NCBI GenBank assembly: GCA_964419945.1
Contig: CAYQRU010000001.1
Location: 29,441-93,440, forward strand
Length of the DNA stretch: 64,000 nt
Direction of reading: 5' to 3'
Source: an uncultured Bacteroidales bacterium
Lineage (GTDB): Bacteria; Bacteroidota; Bacteroidia; Bacteroidales; JAAYJT01
The translations under genes were made by a program, and so were the position numbers. Numbering within the stretch: position 1 is the first letter of the stretch; every line of letters starts with the position of its first letter. The notes beneath the pieces were generated by a model, which worked only from the letters and a program-made list of their open reading frames with translations, was not told where the DNA came from and did not search any database. Shown here in pieces: positions 22,501 to 25,548 of this stretch.

Positions 22501-22604
22501 AGCAGTTATGTGAATTTGACCTGAGCACTTTTTCCAGGGGAATATACATCGTACGAATTACAAATGATTTAAAAACCAGTTTCCGGAAACTGATATTGAA
22601 ATAG
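4569..22604 (+). CDS. Giant secreted mosaic surface protein of ~6011 aa (6020 codons from the TTG at 4542). It is T9SS cargo and a paralog of the 32006-48787 product.
   Basis: One uninterrupted ORF spans 4542-22604. The ATG at 4569 gives MRNLSTRQFALTAVIAAFTTIFSAGNIFSQ, a signal peptide. Recognised by eye, in order: 7 LamG/Laminin_G_3-type units (YPFxGNANDAxGxNHGTxNGAT..FDGVDD ... IDEVKIYN); 2 PA14-like units; a beta-helix passenger-like region; an HYR-like unit; 5 Ig/PKD-like units (YQWKVNGQ); CARDB; 4-5 Calx-beta-like units; a CarboxypepD_reg-like unit; a Cys-rich linker; a conserved 400-aa core; 2 SbsA/Big-like Ig units; a pre-CTD module; and a T9SS CTD (KIYPNPTNGRFNLEI...GIYIVRITND). Confidence 0.85.
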   Translation: MRNLSTRQFALTAVIAAFTTIFSAGNIFSQTPVAHYPFSGNANDAVGSNHGTVNGATLTTDRFGNANNAYSFDGVDDFIGLDYNFGPFTELTVSAWYKVTATSPDLQAIVSSDHTAKLLHIQISTSGDVDNAIYFNPGPGNLLLNHPQPALNQWRQVTITSKSGESKLYINGVLIDTKNATFTSITAANLLRIGSGYLNGRFFNGSIDEVKIYNTALTAAQVLAEYNATSNNGLVAHYPFTGNANDAVGTNHGTVNGATLTADRFGNANSAYSFDGVDDNININHSEVFNFSSYTVSLWFKYNAPGTAGKVYWSLISKNSIGDGYQDAIHLWITESTKQTGGRIGGGGSYEVTFGSPPAVNDGSWHQTTVVCDNANDEIRQYLDGILISTSPFTGNPFNNSASIKLGFWEAYNNFFNGAIDEVKLYNTALTDAQVKSEYNASLGLVAYYPFTGNANDAIGSNHGTVNGATLTTDRFGNANSAYSFDGVDDFINLGNSSTFQFANQVTVSAWFKTTLTSGNFKTLVSKWFSGGTTPNGGTFSLSYETNGLRVMLQNQSGQNLIAQSNAMCNDDVWRMATFTWDGTNLRLFINGAQVAINTNAAFGPPELNNRDVIIGSDTRFSPGTGDRHFPGSLDDVKFYNTALSPTEVLIEYLNSAPNLANYGEQFGNIVYLNGTNNYINCSGNSQNLTDALTIEAWIKVRSLPASGKLYEIVSKRSYFATSHQDFPVSLTLGSSGKVGFNLSKGDDFTSDLSLTSTTTIQPDVWYHVAASYTANGTARLFVNGAQEASGDATFTISSNNQPWVIGRASQENGGGANATYFKGHLDEIRLWSAARTQEEIIAHMNSQLAGNETGLIGYWDMNRNGQGAGLTVENKATATGSAMNGTTFGDASTPVFSVGSDQTKPGSGNAISFDGVNDRVLTSQQTQAKNNFTMEAWVKPTGTTTLHAQSTSGTSGVGGTNRYLIFPGQYGSDAGSGFTVGTNGVCVLEHGPNYLPSLLTWSGSISGWTHIAIVYTNKQPSLYVNGIHVATGLQSIRPNVYPTNYIIGGDAYGYFLGEADEIRIWDYPMTEEDIRDRMCRKITASDPKFSSLVSYFNFDESEGVIAFDLSGKGFDATLTNGPTRIASGAHIGNQSVHSYVSSGLPTASLSYTNQDNLSVSYTFGSYTGQAGTHVYYVNAKPTSEAGIPNVGTNDRYFGVFSAGISNPAYTATYNYDGNPYVTGSNEPLLKLFKRGSNAEEAWVSAQASLDIGSKTLTATGQSTEYMLGASMDDFLAAWYPMDGNALDSIGSNHGTINGATPTTDRFGNPNKAFLFDGVSNRISFSSPWTTLTNNYSFSAWVKPSGDGGYILINGQNSYPAPPPAPFNGTSMGVNNERRLFGDHSGVANFTSNPVVSDQDWNWLVFVRENGVSKLYINGILQPNTSNSAPNTPAGGAFIGALTNSLGFFSGAIDDVKIYNKALTLTEIQQEMEQFVVDSRFGNHVKMNGNNDFINCSSDPALNITGALTVEAWVRPSSFTTVNQILQKGGTVGTQIDREGYQLRFDGGTSLGFTVSNAGSQDGIGMNVQPGDLNRWMHVAATYDGSTIKIYRNGQLANQKNTSLVISHNSNPLLIGKRQDSWHFNGDIDEVRIWNVARTKVEILNSLSEQLNGDETGLVGYWDMNREGQGQGLVVENKALATGSALNGTTNGTASTPVFRMTEEGDPGVIGGNQSICQTSVPAMLTNVSSAVSNGTYPVFYQWHDSISNGNWNSIPGAVNATHQPALLSQTTHFRREASIGDFVGFSNVVTVDVIQITGNPEEFPQEEWNIYAYNGAILNLTGLTYRGYYSASTVNIDTRNHWDQNASPSQAAGYEGCSVPNDNFTFVMKRRGFPEGQYVINIPGHDDNIRIYVNGIQVFEYNGCCVSHSNITAGTLDENSTVEVRVIEGGGGAYAAINFVQTSLQPGVIAGNQNSCGSFTPSLLTSTQNAYGGETLTITYQWQDSIAGGAWNNIADAFNATYQPPALSETTWYRRLAINGSETLPGNEIQITISYLAGDPAIFGENLWNIYAYNGNDINLGSAVYRGFYSVGSVNVDTRHQWDQNASPSSAAGYEGCLVNNDNFTFVMKRQGFAEGYYLMNIPAHDDGIRVYVNGQIVFEHLSCCDSHFNIPLGNLDATSTVEIRCTEVSGPGYAAVEFLLNPIILNYRSKASGNWSAASTWEVSDGGPWTDATQAPTDANGTITIRADHTVTINSSVTADQITVETDGVLMINSTLTLGYAPGDDLVVNGTLILESATIQGTGSVVITAAGVANLNGGGTKNLNASFINNGVFNWNGGTIGYNNVLTNNGTMNINGNNDIQSWFNNLFFVNTGTIIKSSSGTTRFLYMNVQNNGTYILNAGTLRLEPGGQFQNNGLLTLNNSTLSNGGYTFSHNEGATIAGTGNFTTSGITLNASLVVAEGITFSSTGNIEGSGSLTINNDLSIQYNITGSGSLTINGNITWISGTINRPLTINEGRTMTANGGNDKNHNAPIVNNGTINWQDGRLLQSATITNNGVFNINGGNIYQRWFAEVFFVNNGTLVKNSAGTNTFDYMYVQNNPTGTIKGIGTINFTNGFQFISNGTIAPGTSPGILNINNAQPLSVNSILEIEMNSGSGPGTGHSQLQRSGNLTLGGTLRVIETGSVPNGTYIIIQLTSGSISGNFSTVELPAGYELMLSSTTVAVSRNAPSIACPTDRIVNAPAGQCSTVVNNIDPAVELGQDYTYTLSGATTGSGNGSASGLSFNAGVTTVSYALTGNPGESCLFTVMVNTNVVPAVSISASANNICPGTTVTFTAFPTLGGIPSYQWKVNGQPVGTNSNQFESNTLVNNDVVTVEMTSSLFCANPSVVTSNTVGMVVNQVVTPSVSISIPSTEVCQGANAVFSATPENGGNPSYQWKLNEINVGENSPVFVSNSLSDGDVVHVVMTSSLLCVTQPTATSNAITVSIIPPVAASVSIQASDNAICAGTEVVFTASPVNGGSNPSYQWRINGQPVGLNSPVFASANFQNGDLISVVMTSDIQCAVNPIFSNVIQMTVYPLPVVTISGSTLICSGNPVVLTATQGASYLWSNGATTQNISVSQPGLYSVVVNSVNGCEGSAQVNVSLGPQDVTAFSLLTPTDNSFGVQEPVFFSWEPSDNVAVYDFYLWRTNQQKPDNPTVAELTGNSYTYPDYLNKNFMYNWQVVARNSCSEFQSAIGTFSFQVFTDLEVSIVSSPATAFAGETKSVSFTVTNTGSVGTGIIPWRDDVIISQSAVFNPTTATRLTSANNIQSLAPGQSYTRTINFTLPVNIEGDYYVYIRIDATNTIPETDETNNVVRPEEPMVVNLPPLPDIAASDVQSLSGTIIPGQNLTVGWNVENIGNATAAGGWSQRVAVISGQQTLVLGFLSYNGALEAGAILSQSSSFQVPQFPSAEGDVYLQVRLIPNSALVERPNATANNTALSDQTIVFEKRLSLTPAQHSLPENSTSPMQVMVYRSGNRDEALTVNLNVSQSGRMNLPASVVIPASQAGAPFHITAIDNALIDGDIALDITASATGFPSASTSLTIVDDEIPSISVSVSPAEATEGETFQLTATRNLVTQSPLTVSLFTTKSHQITLPAGVVIPAGESAASLDVPVVDNNIPEVTDNVTITASATGFIPAQTNITILDDDIPQITLSINPATISEGGGPHASWGVVQLVQPVNTPIQVHISTNVANQVFFPAMITIPQGQIQQQFNIGAIDNSILDGSRTIVITASVFISSCGCSASASSGGVSSQSLTILDNDGPTLSAAVNPFVVPENQSNAGILTITRNTLGGSAITVSIQNNRPDEIEIQNEAVIPEGATSVDVSFNTLDDGIEDGQQIVSLTVSAAAYASGSCWVMVSDRNLPDYVAKNLIISGNSVYLNQALNISFEVTNQGFALAAAGAEVKIFLSKDQTIDNNDTVLLTQLTVSPLNIGQSFAVSHNFIPINTVGNYFVIASINANGARNELISINNTTNAVPVTILPDYTATASVNGDVFNGTTPITINGVTQMVNRAPAPNKPVEVYIVVNGARRTLNATSNANGQFSVSFVPLNGEAGDYHVGACYPGQGLNEVQDTFVILGARHTVTDFIVWDIFVDQPQSFTLEIANASSLPVSNVQLQVLSAPAGCNIEFTPIGNLTGNSVATLNYTITASAITPGNRYREVSLMLTTAEGTQFRFSTWFFSRATKGNMKVEPVSLNAGMVVGTSNIVEFGILNNGMAATGDINVLLPELGWMSLLSPAVIPSLQPGQSSVVTLRLTPGSDLQLNNPISGQIVLTASNANSVPVPFVFEPISVETGDLLVDVVNEYTYNTVAAPHLAGASVRVLHPYTGQVIAQGTTNQDGHFLVQGINEGFYTLRVSADRHSSYDNNIFVRKGQVNLEVVFLAFQAITYSWNVVPTMIQDEYSINLVATFETNVPAPVVTINMPDTLPQLNFGQTFPFIVTLTNHGLIRASDVQLKLPEDAEYEFFANVNLIDILPNTSVQIPVLMQRRQVQTLSRETKCRDFAIVSFKFECGPDDQMRVVVDEVYYQGRVCYDVTSHTLDLPCFNCDIGYGPGGDGGSYYFPFKIPTAPYQKKKQGCDPCLADFLNAALDCSPAPNVFLVAGKSLVTGGKDSSVPNLIDPAIKEVVDKLVCAFKLGHSVGCKLNKEFFGGDPPLPLNVLAAPPEFLRAFDDLEMFVRSAFAVKNSAEEVYGQALFNAQDFDVLHGSFLANIQQLLPVDPIQQNELTDLLSQSDISQALLTGFINRWNTSLEAWGQNIFTPNPQYPGIINKELLDEYGLSFDTVVNYTVQRGLEYITDLFNISFDFMNEYADQDRSSVCATVTVQFSQRLTMTREAFEGTLTIFNGHGSDPMQNILLDLEIRDENGVLSNELFQVETKSLNQLSGIDGNGTLNAQVEGSAVIQFIPERGAAPLSPKYYSFGGTLSYLDPFTNTIYEQKLFPVTLQVNPSPDLYINYFMQRDIYGDDALTEPIEPMIPAELAVMIENRGFGTAFAVNIESAQPQIIENEKGVLIDFEIIGSSLSGQPRQLGLLNVDFGDIPGGEIRVGQWWFTSTLLGHFISYEVEVNHLNSFGNPDLSLVSEVKVHELIKGVRVYGTQDDSIGDFLVNDIPDSGDIPDALYYSNGTVAQVFQAVSSSVDGQVSLNDIEIQLTVNPFVSGWNYTRLNDPGNGLYRIVSCTRQDGQVIPLDNIWLTYVTIPDGGEPIYENKLHFLDIFSSTDPVSYTIVFEAIDQNFPEVLSINGLPASGVTDTPITNLEVVFNKPIDPGTFDYQDITLRNQGGANLADSTLTITQVNATTFDVDISSKTTANGFFTFTVQTAGIADLIGNFGQVGKQVSWIQSINTPAIIFFSGLPEIPGPPIDELTVMFNMPINPATFTTNQLVLTDSENNLISTASLVITTESPNNNLFRISGLLALSGVDGAYGLTFKLTEIVGETGLTGFMDQTVSWMVCQIPAPQANAGPDAAICQGTSYQLNGSLSNAGSFLWSTSGTGTFDNNLVLDPVYTPSQSDILNGFVNLTLTVQALHPCAPSATDVLKLTFIPANNNSVSIISTAYYLCSGTLVKFTATPSNGGAVPVYQWKVNGQNAGTNGSVFETYDLMPGDQVWVEMTSSLACPAPATAVSNVIAPTIQLTLVPEVSITATDTVIVEGTMVTFTATYDNGGEFPTFIWMLNDIPAIADLPVFSSNNLQNGDQIHVLLYSDYECALNPAVSNIIQMTVQPDTTVRCPGLVVASIHQPPFALTGGLPVGGIYSGIGVTGNVFDPAVAGLGEKIITYTYTNPETNYTKNCTFVLAVNDLPLTQLVQDLIVTQDYDTCFAAMQSITIAGNGTSVVVEPEGSLHVAAAQNILIKDGTWVMPGAHAHFRIEKGNNFCINPTPVVAVVDSVPSDKSPAKNQLSAATLSDQEMFKIYPNPTNGRFNLEITGSTGSVIVEIFKATGELVFERKLLSEQLCEFDLSTFSRGIYIVRITNDLKTSFRKLILK
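4665..6041 (+). repeat. Three ~135-nt near-identical LamG head segments (4665-4802, 5271-5405, 5904-6041) at ~606 and ~633-nt spacing. A diverged fourth copy lies at 8398-8530.
   Basis: The nucleotide strings ...taccggcaatgccaacgatgcc...aaccacggcacggtaaatggcgccaccct...tttggcaatgc.aacag.gc.tatag.tttgatggggtggatgat... were aligned by eye. The remainder of each LamG unit is not alignable at nucleotide level. Confidence 0.8.
9691..11120 (+). repeat. Tandem 720-nt (240-aa) duplication. Each unit is an Ig-like segment plus a PA14-like domain.
   Basis: GVIGGNQSIC at 9691 matches GVIAGNQNSC at 10410. The TGG of WNIYAYNG lies at 9993 and 10713, exactly 720 nt apart. Shared strings include WDQNASPS.AAGYEGC, NDNFTFVMKR.GF and HDD.IR.YVNG. 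Confidence 0.85.
13953..22604 (+). repeat. Colinear paralogous segment of ~8.65 kb (C-terminal ~2884 aa of giant A) matching 39897-48787.
   Basis: The same order of blocks is seen in both proteins: FFSWEP..YDFYLWRTNQQKP, CARDB, Calx-beta, CARDB, Ig, CarboxypepD_reg, KFECGPDxQMRVV, core, Ig x2, NAGPDAxIC, YQWKxNG x2, pre-CTD module, CTD. Confidence 0.9.
22371..22601 (+). other. Type-A T9SS CTD of giant A.
   Basis: MFKIYPNPTNGRFNLEITGSTGSVIVEIFKATGELV...RGIYIVRITNDLKTSFRKLILK. Confidence 0.85.
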
Positions 22605-22625
22605 CTTTCTAAATTCGCACGAACA

Positions 22626-22651
22626 TGGCCTTCTGTTATGGTTTAAGGCCA
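22626..22651 (+). terminator. Weak hairpin after giant A. It may attenuate rather than terminate, since the next gene starts 57 nt later.
   Basis: TGGCCTT (22626-22632), 12-nt loop, AAGGCCA (22645-22651). No T-tract follows. Confidence 0.3.
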
Positions 22652-22708
22652 GGGTTCAGTATTTGCTCCCATCTGAAATGTTGCTGTTAATCACCTAAAT
22701 AACTAAAA

Positions 22709-24943
22709 ATGAAAAGATTCCACATCGTCCTGATGTTGGTCTTACAACATTTTTCTATCATCGCCCAGGATAATAACCGTCATGTTTCTTGGAGATATTA
22801 CACCACCGGAAACACTGGCATACAGGGTGATTACGCCGAAGCCCTCTGGATTGATCATGATGGCAACCCTTATATTGGTGCCTACAATCCGGGGTGGGAG
22901 GAAGGTGGTTTTGTAAAGTATAAACAATCAGAAAACAGGTGGATTAACTACTCCAACGTGAATTATCCGGTTATTGGAGATATCAACGATGTGGGTGCAT
23001 CGCGAATCAGCGACATGGTGGAGGATGTCAGTGGTGTTTTGTGGATGGCTCACTGGCGTGGTCTTTTAAAATTCGATCCGGCAGTGGGTGCAGGTTCTTT
23101 GCAATTTTGGGGTGCAAACAATTCGATACATCCAGGAGGGCGCAGCCGCGAAATTGCCCTTGCCCCTGATGGTTCGCTGTGGATAGCGGTTATTTCGGTA
23201 ACATGGGGAAATGGTGGATTGGTACACTTTAATCCTGCTACCAACCAGTGGCGCTACTGGGGTTATGGCAGTTCGGCCAACAATTGGCCCAGCCTCGTTC
23301 CTTTTTGCGATAATGTTTCGATACAGGAAAAACCTAGCGGAGGCTATACCGTGTGGGTAGCAGCCTCTGGAGGTGTAATTGCCTTCGACAGCAATACCCA
23401 GCTATTTACCCTCTACACCTTCGATTATAATCCGGGAGAACTTGTCAAAACACCGGGTCATAATTGTGTTGATAACGATAATAATCTTTGGATGATACGT
23501 TTCACCGGAACCGCTCCATTTTACTCACTCGACTACAGAACCCAGGCCGGACAGTGGCACACACCGCCGCAGCCTCCTGTTTCATCAATCCTTAACGAAA
23601 TATGGGCTTTCAAAGCATACGGAAATCTGAATGTATTGCTGGTTGACGGCAACAGCACAGTATGGCATTTTAATGGTGCCTTTTGGGTAAGCAAAGGCGC
23701 CTGGAAGGATGGAGCATACACCTATGCCGTTGATATGGACAACAACGGAAATATCTGGGTTACAGGAGTTGGAGGTGCTGCCAGAAGAAATGCCCAAACC
23801 GGAACCTGGCAGCGTTACCGGATTACAAACAGTTCCCAGATGTCGTACTGGGTAGATGATATTACCATTGATAACCAGGGCAATGTGTGGATGACAGGTA
23901 ATGCAGGACCAGGCGTTGGTGGTTTTCAAAAGTTTGACGGAACCAATTGGAGCAACTTCAATGCTCATACATATGGACTGGGGTTCCCTTTCCCGTTTCA
24001 AACCGATAATGTGGAAGAAATTTGCTACCGTCCGTCAAACAACAACATCGTCATCAATCCTGTGTTTGGTTACCTGCACACCTGGAATGGCAGCTCTTTT
24101 TCATCGCTTAATTATACTCACCACCGTTCGGCTGGCATTGTTGAAGATTCGCAAAACAGACTTTGGAGCCTGGGCGAATATTATAACCTTAAGTATTGTT
24201 CGGGCAACAACTGGGTTTCTGTATCTTTCGATGGCTGGGGTTCACGCATTGTGAAAGATCCCACCCGGCCCGGAACCATATGGGCGAGTTCTGGAGTTCA
24301 GGTGCTACGAACGGATGGAACCTATCAGTTTTCACGCTACAATACCGACTTTCAGCAACTCGATCCGCAGAGTGACCAGTTTACAACGGTGGCTGCCGCC
24401 CCTGATGGCATTGCATGGGTGGGTAGTAACAAAGGCCTTTTCAGGATCAATGCCGGTAACGGTTCTTACCAGTTTTACTCACCGTCGAATTCAAATATCC
24501 CCGGTAATTTGGTTTCACCCCTTGCCACTACAAGCGACGGACGTGTATGGTTCACAAATTTTGGAAGCACCGGCGACCAGGGGCTTGGCTGGTTCGATGG
24601 AATCCAGTTCGGATTCTTTCCCCAACAGCAAACCGGCGGGTTACCTCATGCCCAAATTTACGATATTGAAGTAAAATATATTGAGCATGGCTACGAACTG
24701 TGGATCAGTTGTGCAAGCCGCGGTATTGCTGTGCTTTCGGTAATTGACGATGTGATCAGCGGCGACTCAAACTGCGATAACGCCACCAACGTGCTTGATG
24801 CTATTACCACGGTAAACTACGTTATTGGTCTGAACCCTCAACCATTCTGCTTCAATAATGCCGATGTTTCGCAGGATGGAATGATCAATGTGCTGGATGT
24901 CATAGCGATAGTGAATTTGATTCTCGGGAACAAACAACTCTGA
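22709..24943 (+). CDS. Secreted Reg_prop-type (two-component-regulator-propeller-like) beta-propeller protein with a C-terminal dockerin module and no T9SS CTD.
   Basis: The ATG start gives the signal peptide MKRFHIVLMLVLQHFSIIAQ. Blades of the type DGxxWxxxxxGLxxFD recur (LWMAHWRGLLKFD, IWVTGVGGAARRN, VWMTGNAGPGVGGFQKFD, AWVGSNKGLFRIN, VWFTNFGS). The last ~60 aa contain two DxNxDxxxxxxD Ca-loop plus helix repeats: GDSNCDNATNVLDAITTVNYVIG and ADVSQDGMINVLDVIAIVNLILG. Confidence 0.8.
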   Translation: MKRFHIVLMLVLQHFSIIAQDNNRHVSWRYYTTGNTGIQGDYAEALWIDHDGNPYIGAYNPGWEEGGFVKYKQSENRWINYSNVNYPVIGDINDVGASRISDMVEDVSGVLWMAHWRGLLKFDPAVGAGSLQFWGANNSIHPGGRSREIALAPDGSLWIAVISVTWGNGGLVHFNPATNQWRYWGYGSSANNWPSLVPFCDNVSIQEKPSGGYTVWVAASGGVIAFDSNTQLFTLYTFDYNPGELVKTPGHNCVDNDNNLWMIRFTGTAPFYSLDYRTQAGQWHTPPQPPVSSILNEIWAFKAYGNLNVLLVDGNSTVWHFNGAFWVSKGAWKDGAYTYAVDMDNNGNIWVTGVGGAARRNAQTGTWQRYRITNSSQMSYWVDDITIDNQGNVWMTGNAGPGVGGFQKFDGTNWSNFNAHTYGLGFPFPFQTDNVEEICYRPSNNNIVINPVFGYLHTWNGSSFSSLNYTHHRSAGIVEDSQNRLWSLGEYYNLKYCSGNNWVSVSFDGWGSRIVKDPTRPGTIWASSGVQVLRTDGTYQFSRYNTDFQQLDPQSDQFTTVAAAPDGIAWVGSNKGLFRINAGNGSYQFYSPSNSNIPGNLVSPLATTSDGRVWFTNFGSTGDQGLGWFDGIQFGFFPQQQTGGLPHAQIYDIEVKYIEHGYELWISCASRGIAVLSVIDDVISGDSNCDNATNVLDAITTVNYVIGLNPQPFCFNNADVSQDGMINVLDVIAIVNLILGNKQL
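24761..24940 (+). other. C-terminal dockerin module (two EF-hand-like repeats) of the 744-aa propeller protein.
   Basis: GDSNCDNATNVLDAITTVNYVIGLNPQPFCFNNADVSQDGMINVLDVIAIVNLILG. Confidence 0.75.
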
Positions 24944-24991
24944 ATTTCCGCCAAAAGCATCAGAGGAACCTACTCTGCAACCCCTTTTAGG

Positions 24992-25014
24992 TCTTATCTT
25001 TATTACAGATAAGA
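24992..25014. terminator. Hairpin after the 744-aa gene; possible terminator.
   Basis: TCTTATCT (24992-24999), loop ttattac, AGATAAGA (25007-25014). The stem is 8 bp in an AT-rich context, ~50 nt after the stop. Confidence 0.4.
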
Positions 25015-25480
25015 TCCTCAATACTGGTTTTCTTTTCGAGACCTTTGAAAAAATCAGTAAAGAAAAATTTCTCATCATTGCAGTTAATAATTTTCTCCTT
25101 CATGCACCAGGTCATAATTTTTGGGAAATGATTCCAATATCTATATTGCTTGTAGGTCTGTCTTTCAATCTGTTTCCAGTCAAATGTTTTATCTGTCTAA
25201 AGGAAAAATGTACCTTTTCAATAGCGATTCTCAAAGTAATAGCCTGAAAAATTCATGAGTATTCGTTTGTTAGTGATTCGAACTAAAGATCGGAATATTA
25301 TTGTCGGAAATTTTCACAAATATAATACAAATTATTAATAATCAAATGTTTATAACCAGAGAACTTTGCAAGGATCTTTATATATTGGTAATTTTTGATT
25401 TTGAAACGTCTGAACCTGCGTATATGTCTTATGCATACAATTGTTCCTGCAACTTTTTATATTAATTTTTTATTAAAAGA

Positions 25481-25511
25481 TTGCTTTTTGGCTTTTCTTG
25501 AGTTAATTTTG
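25481..25511 (+). promoter_or_regulatory. Candidate promoter for the 2124-aa/5593-aa gene pair.
   Basis: TAatTTTG lies at 25504-25511, 38 nt upstream of the ATG at 25549. An aTTG at 25481-25483 lies 20 nt upstream of it. Confidence 0.3.
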
Positions 25512-25548
25512 TATCATTATTTAAATCCCTAATTTTAAATCCTGAATT

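Noticed and set aside
24767-25078. 103-aa minus-strand ORF overlapping the 3' end of the 744-aa gene.
   Set aside because: Two thirds of it overlap the well-supported dockerin coding region in antisense. The product has no motifs.
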